The translations under genes and the position numbers were made by a program. This document shows, in pieces, positions 38,136 through 51,359 of a stretch of 64,000 bases of DNA. The number at the start of each line of letters is the position of its first letter. Position 1 is the stretch's first letter. This DNA comes from Phoronis australis (lineage: Eukaryota; Animalia; Phoronida), in the NCBI GenBank assembly GCA_002633005.1, contig NMRA01000788.1:1-64000 (forward strand), written 5' to 3'. The notes below the pieces were generated by a model, which worked only from the letters and a program-made list of their open reading frames with translations, was not told the DNA's origin and did no database searches.

Positions 38136-38564
38136 TAAGAGAACTATACAGATCCGGGGCATTTTTATATATGAGACCTTTACTGTGGGGTTGCAAAAAA
38201 TTGTGGGGTATATATAATGCCCCACAATTTCAGACCTATCAGAAACTGTTCTTTGGTATGCACAGTGCCTCCACGTGTATTCTCTCAACAACTTGGTTTC
38301 ATAAGGACATCCTATATATAACTCTGATCAGGCCCTCCCAAAAGATGTCACTGTTATTATGAGTGCCCTGCTCCAGACAACCATATGTGACCTACATAGG
38401 TACAGTGTTATGTAATGCCCATTAACTTAGTTGACCTTCCACTGAAACAAGCCTCTGAGGTTTTGATTTTAGTGTTATAGAGTTGGAGTTGAACATCCGT
38501 TTCAGAGTTTGAGTTGAGACAAGTTTTACTTCGTTTTATCTGAAACGAGTATGTTTGAGTAGAA

Positions 38565-41500
38565 GATGGTACATTCAAGATCCAAGTCTATGGTAAGTCT
38601 TTCAAATTTCCTAATATTTTGATTATTTAATTTATTGCAAATTCATGTATCACACTGGCATAATCATGACTAACATGTAGGCCTATTTGGCAGGGTCCTA
38701 GAAACTATTTCTAATGCAGAAGATGCTGCCAAATACTCGCATCTGTCCCTCCTAAAAATATTTCAAAATCTAACCATCCCTTTATTATGAGCTGAACAAT
38801 CTCTTTTACTATAAAAATTCCAGAGTTGTAGATTTCTTTGCTTTATATCGCTGATATGGAACCTTTTCTAAGGAGAATTCCTTACAATTAAATGGGTGCC
38901 CTTTCAGTAGCGATTTTCCTACGAAATTCGTCCATTTTGTGGACTGGAACGCTACAAAAGGCCCTCTAAGATGGAATCCCTGTATCAAATAAATAAGCAA
39001 TAATTATACATATAACAAATTTTAATAAGAAGCATTTACACTGAAGCATATCGTGAGGCATTGAGTCAAATCACTCATAAAACGTTTACAGTTTGGTCTG
39101 GTTCAATCCTAAATGTCAAGCACAAACTTTTCCTTAAGAAATGTTTTACACTTCAAACAAGCGTGGACAATTAGCGACCAAAGGTATGCTGTGTTGTTTG
39201 CTCAGTTCTTTAAATGTGAGTATCTTCTCAATGAAGCATGAAACACTACATGTTTTCACATTGATTAAATGTGAGGGATCTAGTATCAACCTTAGATTTT
39301 TTCAACCCTTAAATGAAGCCTTTGAAATCAGTGACTGAAAACCAAATCTCAAACTTGAAATGGGAAATTCCAGGGTAAAATAATTTCCTGAAGTTATTTT
39401 GTGTGAGTTGCCAAAATATACAAGTTCTCAAATCTTTACTAACTATGTGCCTAGAGTGTGTATTCACTAAACATATTTTCTGTTGTCATTAAAAGGACGG
39501 CACAAACACCAGACCAGACCATGTGAAAAACTACCTAAAATATCATTGAATTCTCTTAGTGACTTTGACGTCTGCTTAAAAGACTCAATAATTAAGGGAT
39601 GGTTGGTCTAAAGGTTCCGTGGCTCAAATGGTCAATAGTCCGAAGAAGTAAGGAAATTTTATCTTGCTTTACCAAATCGGTAGTTTCCAAGAATAATTTG
39701 CAATATTAAACTAAGTGTTCTTAGCTTCTTCAGGTTATTGTTCGTTGAATGATCACAATTTCAAGAAAGAGAGCTTTGCCTACTTTACAGAGCTTTACGG
39801 AATTTTGAAAGGTGGAGAATATGATGTAAAATTATCCGAAATCCTGAAGACATTTATTTCTGTAGATTACGGAATAATGTGAAAAAACTATTAACTAGTG
39901 TTCTGTTCCGACTATTGACTTCGCGGACTATAGATCCCATTGTTTTCGAACTACAGACCCCTTGGACTATGGACAGCATTTCATTTCTATTGATAATTTT
40001 GATTTTTTTTCAGATGAGAATGTTGTCGATCCATTCAGTTCAAATGACAATGATACAGATGGAGGTAGAATTTGGTGCTTGTTTTCTCAGAGTAGCGAAA
40101 CATGCAACTTCACATGGGTGAGTTATGAAGGTGGTGTGAGTTTCAAATAAATAAAGTATTATGGGAAATATACATATACATTTTCGAAGATTCTATAAAT
40201 TTTTGCAAGGTTTCTGTAATTTTATTTTTTAAACTCGTGACTGCGAGGTCATAATGGATCCCTATTTTGATTTATTACTTTCATAAGGTAACTACAAAGT
40301 CATTTTGATTCTTATTCCGCTAAAATACAGCCTGTTTTTCAGACTTAATCAACTAGCATTATAAAACATAGCACATTTCGTTATTTGCAGCAGTTGGCTT
40401 TCAACATATTTATTGTTAACTAAGTGAAAAATTTAATGTAGCAGAACAACTTAAAAACTTTCAAACTCATGTTAATGGAAATTTAGAAGACAGCTTTAAT
40501 AAGCCAAACAAATGAATGCAAATGTAAAGGTGCTGGATATATCACTGCATTTATAATTTGTTTCAGATGAAGAAGTGAGGGAGTGCCGTTTTCGTCACAA
40601 GGTGTTCAGTTCTGCTAAAATAACCAAGAATTTTCTCTGATAGATCGTCTGAAAGGTATTTCATCCAACCTTTTCAGCTATTGTTTCTTTATTGTTTTGT
40701 GATGTCTATACGAGATGGGTTGGTCGATCCTGTATTCCGAAGGACCTTTGATAGTCTCTAGTGCAAAGGAACTTTAGTTCAAAGGATTGTTAGTCTGAAA
40801 GTGATTAAGGTGATGACATTGCATCAGAGCTTATAGAAGACTGCACACAATTAATAATTATTATGAATGCAAATGTTAAAGTCTTTGTTTTGAAAATGCA
40901 GGGTTCTTTCGGTAATTTTTCCTGTCATCCTGGCCCTGTAACCTACCAATCGTGGTCATGGCGATATAGTTACGTTACACTTTTCCATGCCTGCTAATCA
41001 GATTTATTTCAAAGTGTAATGCTCAGTGGACCAATCAGACCAATAGCTCTTCCGACTAAAGACACTTCAGAAAATCAAAAGGATGCCAAACCCAGTTTTG
41101 ACTTATTAAAAGATACAAAAACGACTTTACTCTCCAGTTTTCTGGAGCAAAATAATGGCCTGTAACATGGGCGGCGCACCATANNNNNNNNNNNNNNNNN
41201 NNNNNNNNNNNNNNNNNNNNNNNNNNNNNNNNNNNNNNNNNNNNNNNNNNNNNNNNNNNNNNNNNNNNNNNNNNNNNNNNNNNNNNNNNNNNNNNNNNNN
41301 NNNNNNNNNNNNNNNNNNNNNNNNNNNNNNNNNNNNNNNNNNNNNNNNNNNNNNNNNNNNNNNNNNNNNNNNNNNNNNNNNNNNNNNNNNNNNNNNNNNN
41401 NNNNNNNNNNNNNNNNNNNNNNNNNNNNNNNNNNNNNNNNNNNNNNNNNNNNNNNNNNNNNNNNNNNNNNNNNNNNNNNNNNNNNNNNNNNNNNNNNNNN

Positions 41501-42660
41501 NNNNNNNNNNNNNNNNNNNNNNNNNNNNNNNNNNNNNNNNNNNNNNNNNNNNNNNNNNNNNNNNNNNNNNNNNNNNNNNNNNNNNNNNNNNNNNNNNNNN
41601 NNNNNNNNNTTAACGAGAGTTACGCGTAAAGTATAACTAAAGATTCCATTACTAAATACATACATCACAGGAATGACAGCTTTTGCAATGTGTGCAAGGA
41701 CACCTGTCAAATGATTAAAGTTGTAAACTAAGAAAGTTGTAAAAAGTGTAAGAAAATCTTGAAACTAAGTAGATACCTCTCCGACCTAAGTTTAGTAAAA
41801 TATACAGAAAATTCCTGTAAATCCCTAAAATTAACAAAAACTATTTTGTGACTGCTTTCACAATGCATGTATTATGAAAAACAACATCCTGCCCAACCTT
41901 CGAACTTTTATCATAGCAAAATGTATTGTTTAAAATTTCAATTTTATTTTCAGGTGATACACTGAATAAATGTCACTAGTATGAAGTCTGGAAACTTCTA
42001 GGTTAAAGGAAAATTGACCAAACCATGCAGTGTTGCTGAAAGTGATGACGACAATACGACAGTCTCCATGGAGGTGGGAAAAGAGTCATCGGGATGTGTT
42101 AGTGACGCTAAAAGTGATGTCCACAGGACATTTAATAAGGGTGTAGCAAAGTGAAGAGGACCTGCCTTTGTTAATGAGAATAGCAATGAATATCATAATT
42201 ATGTTTTTGTGTCTTAAGCTACGTAGTGCCACCTCAGTTCCCTAAAGTCTTCATTGTCACCATCATCACTTCAACAACAGCCTTTCAGAGTTTTGTTAAT
42301 TAGACAATACAGACAAATGGCACTGCAGTTTTTGCAGTTTAAGCATCTTTAAAAATAACTGCTTTCAGTTATTGAGAATGGTAATCACTATGTATCAGCA
42401 TTTTGTATGAAGAAAGCAAACTCGATTTAATCTAAAACTATCACATTTTCTTTAAATATATTTTTAGTCGCAATTGTGACTAAGATGGTCGGAGCCTGCT
42501 AAGATCCGTATGTTGCGCAGGATGAAACTGTCTGTACATGTATGTCACAAGCATTGTTTCTATGGATGTGCATGTATCCTATATTTTTGGTGCCCATCAT
42601 TTGATTTTAAAGATAATTTGGATATTAGTAGTTCACTATGTGCCATATCAATAAATGATT
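38565..42660 (+). pseudogene. Spliced, disabled gene remnant of unknown function inside the TA-flanked element
   Basis: ATG..ctatg|gtaagt near 38592; ttcag| acceptors at about 39733, 40013, 40566 and 41953 with acidic low-complexity peptides; in-frame stops; AATAAA near 42650. Confidence 0.45.
41184..41609. other. Assembly gap (N run); a small N run also lies at 24374-24380
   Basis: N characters. Confidence 0.99.
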
Positions 42661-42812
42661 AAGTTTTCATCTGTGAGAGTTTCTATTGGCGAATTAAGCA
42701 AGAATGTCATTCATGATGGTTTCAACGTGTTTGTAGAAGAGTATTTTTATCAAAGGTTTCAACATACACCGTAGAGCCTGACAGAGATGGCGTCATCTGC
42801 TCACGTTTCAGA

Positions 42813-43005
42813 ATTAGAAAACGGACAATTTCCGCACATTACTTTCCCTGTATCTCACTCTCATTTCACTTCATGGATATGACTTGAAGGGTAATCGACA
42901 CTTGTTGTCCCTCTATACATATCCTGATGATGTCTTGTTGAATAAGACGAAACGTTGAGTTACCATGAACTTCTTTATTTGTGCGGCAATTGTCCGTTTT
43001 CTAAT
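42813..43005 (+). ncRNA. Hammerhead-ribozyme-like core inside a 26-bp inverted-repeat cassette (Penelope-like/retrozyme remnant)
   Basis: CTGATGA (42924-30), T, stem II gtctt..aagac, GAAAC (42949-53); flanking IR attagaaaacggacaatt.ccgcaca. Stems I and III are imperfect. Confidence 0.5.
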
Positions 43006-43494
43006 CCTACTTTGGCCAAAAATGATGTGATTTCAGAATTATAAACAGATAAAAGGATCATTCATTTTTAAGTTTGAAAGTGGTAAAATCTGTTGTGGAC
43101 CCATACATGTTATTCCAGTGGTCTTTGGAGGAGTGTATTTTTGGCACATAAAACATTAACCGGACGTGACATATACCTAGTTGCGGGGCTTGTATATTAG
43201 GTGGAAAACCGGGTTATAAAAATACTGGGGCATATATCTAATGGGACATATAAAGTTGCGGGGTATATATTGCATACACCCAATGGGACATATATACTTG
43301 AGGGCTATATATTGTACTGGGGTATATACCTAGCGAGGTATATATAATTGCGGGATATATATTGTTCCGGGGCATATACCCAATGGGGCATATATAGTTG
43401 CGGGCTATATATTATATATATACCCCGGAACGAGGTCTCAAAATTTTACCCCACTTCAAGGTTTCAGATAATAACCCCATATCTGCATACAAAC

Positions 43495-43497
<3 letters not shown>

Positions 43498-43552
<55 letters not shown>
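43498..43552. repeat. (TA)n microsatellite
   Basis: Pure TA run. Confidence 0.97.
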
Positions 43553-43554
<2 letters not shown>

Positions 43555-43556
<2 letters not shown>

Positions 43557-45505
43557 CACTGGATTCAAGTCTCAGGACGTATGTACAAGGGGGCGCTAGA
43601 AACATATGGGCGATTCTACAAAAACGTCGTTCAATCAAGCATGTGCGCGCATGCGTGCGTTCGTGTGATGTTGTGTTGAACACAACTTGCAAGAAGTAAA
43701 ACTAGAAAACTAGAGAAATGAACATCATGCGTTTCGTTTCTTGATTATTTTTCTGCATTTTCCTTTGAAAAAAAAAATAAAATCAGATTTACCTCATTTT
43801 TCAAAGGTTCAATTGCGTGTTGTTCTGGGTTATTGTAATGATTTCTGGGCCTTGTCAATCACCAGCAGTAATAAAAGCAGACCCCATAATAAATTGGACG
43901 AAACTAATATTTGGCGAACGCTTTGTTTGCCCTGGGGTCCCAGATATTATTTTGGTACGCGTTTCATATTGGTGCGTGTATCTCCGGAGCACAAAAAAGC
44001 GTTTATAAACCCGTTTTCACCATAATTTTGGTCAAAATTTGTAAGAACTGAACAGGTCCTGTAATTTTCTGAAGCGTTTTTTATGCGTGAATTCCCTGGA
44101 ACAACGAAAATCAAGACTCACCGTGGAAGTAGGATAGTTTTGAGTTGGAAGAAATGCAGTTTTGTTGATGCCTCTAACTCCAGCTTTGGACAAACAGCGC
44201 TGTTGATCGGCTTTGAACTTGTCTCAATTGCCATTTTCCCGATATAGCGGCGACATGATGAAATACTGACACTATGTAGCTAGATGATGATAGGGTAGTT
44301 AAATGCATTGAAACATTTTCCAGCGTTACTTATGAATTCTTTCTACCATTTTGCCACTGTTGTGCGGTAGAGCATTCGAACCATTCACACAAACGTTGCA
44401 ACCTGGTTAGACATTGTACCAGGCGATAAAAGCTTTTCTGCTCTCACAACGATGAAGAGGTGTACATGTCGAATGTCTTCTATTCCGACGAGTATGTATA
44501 AATATTCACTCTCACATGATTGTATATAATTTTATTTTAAGTTTTTCCACATTACAAGTGATAAAGCCTCACACACTATAGTCTAAGCAAGTTGAACACT
44601 ATAACAGTAACTTAGGTAAAACGGTAAAACTTCGAAAATGTCAAATGTTTTACATCATTTCAAAACGAAAAGGTAAAAAACTGCGTTTTAAGGACTATTC
44701 GATGTCTTTTATGCCATCATTTGAAAGCACGCCCTCAAGTAGTATACAACACAATCCTGAGGAATACGCAGTCAATGCAAGATGGCGCAGATGAACGCAG
44801 GAGAGTAGTAGTAATGAAAATGCCCGTGAATACCATGTTGAAACCAACATCCGGCCAAAGTCATGCACATCACTGCGTCAGCTACGATTTTGAGAACGGA
44901 CTTTTCTGAAAAAAAGAAAACCCTAAAAATGAAAAATCACAACGTAAATGATGCTCACGTTGGCGGTTTTTGTTCCATACAATCCACTCTCAATGGAAAT
45001 TAGTTCAAATCACTGTGTCAAATCATTGTGCTTTTCTAAGAATATTGGGGCTCGTTCTACATAAAATTGTTGCGCATTTTTATCGTCCATAACTATTGAC
45101 CCAGTGACCGCAGCCGACTAATCGTTAGTTTTCGAAAAATGTCTGCCTCCAATGTTCAACTCATCGCAAATTTGAACTTACATGTCATCGTGGAACAATC
45201 CACAGTTCTTTGACAATGTTTTTAATAAGAGACAAAAATGATTACCGCGGTGGGTATCCTCACGTTTGGATGAACGTCGCGAGTAAAATAGTGCAGTCTG
45301 AATTCAGGTCTTCTTGGCAAACTACAGATGGATATAGTTATATTTACAAACAATACAGTGCTTGCCGATAGGTCATAAATAATCAATTTTTGAAGTTGGT
45401 GCAGGTCTAAACAAGATTTTAAATCTCAACATACTCCGTTTCCAAGAAGTATGCCTACTCTGCATCCACAGCTGTCAAGACGCTCCTCACAATATCGTTA
45501 AGGCT
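43555..45505 (-). pseudogene. STING-like pseudogene, copy 7; close paralogue of copy 1 (exons ~45505-45435, 44905-~44762, 44279-44122, ~44047-43793, ~43700-43555)
   Basis: DNA 44400-44915 is collinear with 8730-9180. KIVADAVMCMTLAGCWF..ICAILH*, FFQLKTILLP|gtgagt (cf. YLRLILP) and RTCLIE (cf. GTCVLE). Confidence 0.55.
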
Positions 45506-45529
45506 TTTAAATTAAAGAAGAAGTAACAT

Positions 45530-48500
45530 TTTAAAAATTACATGACCTTTGCACCAAATGGCCTCTTCCGGTGCATTATGGAATATGAATATATAATGAA
45601 TCAAAATTTATATACTGTCTAAAATCATATGTTAAATTTGAAGAACATACCTGCAACCATTTTGGAGTTATTAAGTGTCAAAGTTGGTCGGAAGAAGAAT
45701 AAGAATAAGAATAAAATTGAAGAAAACCTAGGAACAACAGTACTCTGCGCTTACACGCGCAGAGTAATTACATGTTAATATTTTGATGATCTTTCCACTA
45801 ATTGACCTCTTCCGATGCATTATGAGCCCCGATTAGGGAATAATTCTTAACTCAATTAAAAGTGTGGTTAATGCTAAGCATCACAGATGTTTTACTTTAA
45901 GCACTTCAGAATACAAGATGAATGGATTGGTCAAACTTTCAGAAGAAAAATGCACCTAACGACCCCATGAGGGCACCAAATAACCTGAAAATTTACAATT
46001 CAAACTCAATCGCATTTACTAAACAGATATGTAAGTTTGAAGTCTCTATCTTCAAATTTTAGTTTGCACTCAATGACCTTTGACCTATTTTTTCTGATTG
46101 GTTTGGCATATTGCGTAGTAAAGTAAGGTGATCAACTGGCATGTGGACTTACACCAGTGTGCTAAAATTGAAAAGAATTCCTTGAAAAACGTAAAATATA
46201 ACATTTTGAACATTCGATGAGCTTTGCACTAACTTATCCTATCCGGTGCATTATAAGCGTCTTCAGGAGAATTATTGCAAAGCCCATGAAAGATGTGTTT
46301 AATGCTGAGAATCAGTTGTGTAACGGATGACACGTCAGAATACTTGGTGAATGAATGGGTCAAATTCCAGAAGAAAAATGCACCTAATGAACCCATGTTT
46401 GCACTAAAAGACCTGGAACTTTGAATTGCGAATTGAATTACCTTTACCAATCAGACCTTTGAATTTGAAGTGTTTAGCCCAAAATCTTAGTTTGCACCTA
46501 ATGACTTTTAACCTGTTTAACCTGATTGGATGACCCAATTACTTAGATCAGTAATTTTTAAATTGCCTCATTGACTAATACCTATGCACCGATTTTGAAA
46601 AGAATAGTTTTAAAAGAAAGAACGAGTAGCATTTTGAAAATTACGTGACCTTTGCACCAAATGACCTCTTCCGGTGCAATATGGAATATGATTATATAAT
46701 GAATCAAAATATATTTACCGCATAAAAGTATTGTTGTTAAATTTGAAGAACATACCTGCAATCATTTTGGAATTATTAAGTGTCAAAGTTGATCGGAAGA
46801 AGAAAAAGAATAAGAAGAATAAGAACTAGAAAGATTATTGTCACGCCTTGACAATAATGGACTCTGCGCGTGTGTATTACTGAAATTGTTTTGGGAAGTT
46901 ACTGACAGCAACCCGTTTACCAATATGAAAAGGAATTCTTAAAAAATGTAAGAGAAATTACGTGTTAATATTTTAATGACCTTTCCACTAATTGACCTTT
47001 TCCGATGCATTATGAACCCCGACGAGGGAATAATTGTAAACTCGATTTAAAGTGTGGTTAATGATAAGAATGACAGATGTTTTACTTTAATAACCTCAGA
47101 ATACAAGATGAATGAATTGGTCAAACTTTCAGAAGAAAAATGCACCCAATGACCCCATGGATACACCAAATGACCTGAAAATTTAGAATTCAACCTCAAT
47201 CGCTCTTAGTAAATAGATATGTAATATTGAAGTCTCTAGCTCAAACTTTTAGTTTGCACTCAATGACCTATGACCTATTTTTTCTGATTGGTTAGGCCTA
47301 TTGCAAAGTAAAGTAGGGTATTCAATTGGCATGTGGACTTACACCAGTGTGCTGAAATTGAAAAGAATTCCTTGAAAAACGTAAGACATATAACATTTTG
47401 AACGTTACATGACCTTTGCACTAATTGACCTTATCCGGTGCATTTTAAGCATCTTTAGGAGAATTATTGCAAAGCCTATGGAAAATGTGTTTAACGCTGA
47501 GAATCACAGTTGTCTAACGGTTGACATATCAGAATACTTGCTGATTGAAAAGGTCAAATTTTCATAAGAAAAATGCACCTAATGACCCCATGTTTGCACT
47601 AAATGACCTGAAACTTTGGATTCCGATTTGATTTACCTGTGGCAATCAGACCCGTCAATTTGAAGTGCCTAGCTCAAAAGTTTAGTTTGCACCTATAGAC
47701 CTTTGACCTATTTCACCTGATTGGATGACCCGATTACTTAGAAAATTAAAGTAAATTTTTAAATTGTCATGTTGTCTTATACCTGTGCACCGAATTTGAA
47801 AAAGATAGCTTTACAACTGAAGGAGGAGTAGCATTTTGAAAACTATATGAGCTTTGCACCAAACGACCTTTTCCGGTGCAATATGGAGTAGGATTATATA
47901 ACCAATCAAAATTTACATATTGTCAAAAGTCATATGCTGAATTTAAAGACCGTACCTGCACCCAATTTGGAGTAATTAAGTCTCAAATTTGATCGGAAGA
48001 AGAATAAGAAGAATAAGAATAAGAACTAGAAAGATTATTGTCACGGCGTGACAATAACGGACTCTGCGCGTGTGTATTACTGGAATTATTATGGGAAGTT
48101 ACTGACAGCAACCCGTTTACCAATATGAAAAGGAATTCTTTAAAATTGTAGGAGAAACTACATATTAATTTTTTGATGACCTTTCCACTAATTGACCCCT
48201 TTCGGTGCATTATGAGCCCCGATGAGGGAGTAATCGTTAACTCGATTAAAAGTGTGATTAATGCTAATAATCACAGATGTTTTACTTTAAGCACTTCAGA
48301 ATACAAGATGAAGAAAAATGCACCTAATGACCCCATGGGTACACCAAGTGACCTGAAAATTTAGAATTCAAACTCAATCGCACTTAGTAAACAGATACGT
48401 AATTCTGAAGTCTCTAGCTCAAAATTTTAGTTTGCACTCAATGACCTTCGACCTATTTTTTCTGATTGGTTAGGCCTATTGCGAAGTAAACTAGGGTATT

Positions 48501-48965
48501 CAATTGGCATGTTGACTCACACCAGTGTGTTGAAATTGAAAAGGATTCCTTGAAAAACGTAAAAAATATAACATTTTGAACGTTACATGACCTTTGCACT
48601 AACTGACCTTATCCGGTGCATTTTAAGCATCTTTAGAAGAATTATTGCAAAGCCCATGGAAAATGTGTTTTACGCTGAGAATCACAGTTGTCTAACGGTT
48701 GACACATTAGAATAGTTGCTGATTGAAAAGGTCAAATTTTCAGAAGAAAAATGCACCTAATGACCCCATGTTTGCACTAAATGACCTGAAACTTTGGATT
48801 CCGATTTGATTTATCTGTGGCAATCAGACCTGTCAATTTGAGGTGTCTAGCTCAAAAGTTTAATTTGCACCTAATGACCTTTGACCTATTTCACCTGATT
48901 GGATGACCCGATTACTTAGAAAAGTAATTTTTTAAATTGTCATGTTGACATATACCTGTGCACAG
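45530..48965. repeat. Tandem array of about three 1.1-1.2-kb units with about 300-bp internal subrepeats; Helentron/HINE(DINE-1)-like
   Basis: (AAGAAT)n markers at about 45692, 46797 and 47997; unit start aactagaa plus hairpin attattgtcacg..tgacaataa; hairpin tactctgcgc-ttacac-gcgcagagta; recurrent tgacctttg motif. The repeat is firm; the family is inferred. Confidence 0.85.
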
Positions 48966-49384
48966 CTCGGAGAGCATTCTATGCCAGAGGCATGAAAAAA
49001 CACCCTTTTGGTTGGTACTTTTCACAGAAAAAAACACATCGAAATGGTGCCATTTTCGACAAAACTATATCTAAAAGGTTCTGTTGCTGAATATATGGAA
49101 GAAAGGTGTACTAAAATATGAATATCTACACAAATTAGTCTCTAAATAGGTCATCTTTTTGTCCGAGCACACTCTCTAAACGGGTACGTATTCAAATTTT
49201 TCGGACGGCACCCCTCGTACAAAAATACTCCAGTACCCCCTGTTTGTGTCAGATACCACTTGTTCGTGATTTTGGTCATTTTCCTTGACGTGGGCTTTGT
49301 AAATGTAACAATGGTACATTTCTCGCATGTGCGTTCGACGTGAAATGTAACAACTACATAAAATGTAACAACCTATTAGTTACT

Positions 49385-50660
49385 TGTTTGATGTAGACGC
49401 TTTCAAGGTCTAAGGGGACTACATATGTTTGAAGGATAACGAGGGCGTGTGCCTAGGGTGTATGTAGTACGTTCCGCTGAATCGAGAAATCTGCCCCCCG
49501 GCCCACGAAAATGAGTCAATTGACACATTTTGGTTATTTCGATACATCTTTTACCATCGAGGCATTATCTGTCTCGATTTGACGGTTTGCCCGGTTGGCT
49601 TCGACTGCCGATAACGGGGCCATCAAACTGGGTGTAATATATCAGTGCTAAGAAAAATAAATACATATGAGAAATCATGCTCATTCTTTCGAAAAGTTCT
49701 AATTGATTACCAGAAGAGGGAGGGGTATTTTAGTGGTTTTCATACAGCAACGCTGTTGCATGGGAGTGTTGGACCATTTCAAGGAACACACGTTTGACCA
49801 AAGTACCACGGCCTATTTTTGGAAGTTGCGTTGTAAAATATGCGCAAGTGATTTTTAGAGGAATTGTAGTATCTTTTCAGATAGTGGAAGTAGTTGCCTT
49901 AAAAATCCGACATTGACTCTGTTCCATGACTTTTTTACACGACATTAGAATCTATGCATGAAGGCCTACGCATGGTCTAGAGGCAGTGCACCACAAGGGG
50001 GGCTGAGGAGGCTTTAGCCCCCACTTTTTTCAGTAGTGGTGTATGTAGTGAACTGATGGGGCGTTGATAAACGCGCGTAGACGCAGTACAAAACCGTGTT
50101 CTCTTCCACCCTAACGTAGTGTTCAAACTCCGGTTTACAGCATCCACACGCTGGTATACAATGGGCAGCCGCGCTTTTTCACTGACAGGGCTTAAGGGTG
50201 GAACTGAAAAACCCGTTTTCACTATACTTAAAACTTGGTACTAGACCTCTTGCATATTTTACTCGAACCAAAAATATACCCCGCCCTGGCTTGCATTGCA
50301 TAGGCGGATCTAGGGGAGTGTCGACTCATGCAGGTACCTGGATGGACCCGGTTCGATTCCCAGTTTGCCTGATTTGACTAGGCTGTTAGGCCTATGATAT
50401 ATCTTGTCGTACTCAAAGGGGGTGGACTAAATATACATGTTTGTAGAGTGTAGGCTGTAAGTGTGACAAGTTTTAACTTGTTAAAACAATAATTTATTTT
50501 CAAGAATTATATAGCAAATTCTTCCAAATGAGAAATTTATGCTTTCTCGAGTCAGTGAATTTTTTTGACGGGAGCCTATAGTTGTGCTGGTGTTGATGTA
50601 GACGGAGCTACTTCGTAGCACTGGGAAATAGTGGACATGGAGAACTCCACTTCTATGGTA
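49385..50660 (-). pseudogene. STING-like pseudogene, copy 8 (5' exons through the connector exon)
   Basis: SPVSEK..KRTR exon, PCVGL exon and LSAVEAN...AHALV exon (49637-49385, AG/GT). Multiple stops. Confidence 0.45.
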
Positions 50661-51262
50661 GAATAAACCAGCCGATTTTTACTACACTACCCTCCCATGG
50701 AGACGCGAAAATAATGTACATTTCCCTTAAAATAACAAGTAAACGACGAAAACAGCGCTTGGTGATACATTCATGTCACAGTACGTAGATGAGTTTTTAG
50801 ATTAATTATTCATGGAGTTTCTAATCTAGAGTGGGCTTCGCTAATCAAGTGATGCGAGGTGATTTCCGATGAAAGCCCCAACTTTGCGATTGTAACTAAT
50901 AATTTAAAGATTTGTCGTTTCTTGGCTAATTAAAAGTAAAAATAATGATCCGGGGCTGGACTTCGATCTCGCAAAGTTCTGATGTATATCTACAACATCG
51001 GCACTAGGCGCCAAAATTGAACGCAGGGGTTCTCGAAGGATTAGTTTTTTTACAATATTGAATGTCATGGGAATGACATAATTGCAAAGTTTTGACGATC
51101 TATTCAATACCTTTCAAAAACATTGATTTGGGCAGACCCTACTCTACTGTTCACAAACATGGGAAACGCACGTGAATTGATTTGCTTGACCCTACCAAAT
51201 AAGATTATATTTGACATTTGTTTATCGGTGTCAACGTTGCAGCCTACACCGTTTTGGTTTAC

Positions 51263-51359
51263 TTTATATTATATTATATCATATTATACTATATTATATT
51301 ATATTATATTATATTATATTGTATTGTATTGTATTGTATTGTATTGTATTATATTATAT
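51263..51359. repeat. (ATATT/GTATT)n microsatellite
   Basis: Pentamer tandem; not expanded in the paralogue near 37495. Confidence 0.95.

Larger units (their letters stand above)
38134..43497. mobile_element. About 5.4-kb putative DNA transposon with degenerate TIRs, flanked by (TA)n on both sides
   Basis: Left end tatacagatccgggg..tgagacctt..gtggggt..ggggtatatataat versus reverse complement of right end tatgcagatatgggg..tgaaacctt..gtggggt..ggggtatatatataat. Subterminal ggggcatatata repeats at 43170-43420. Confidence 0.6.

Noticed and set aside
37986-38362. YIYIYI/HTYI ORFs (also 48-299, 43348-43692 in part, 51123-51443)
   Set aside because: Translations of microsatellites.
41075-41710. Long ORFs across the gap
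   Set aside because: Artefacts of the N run.
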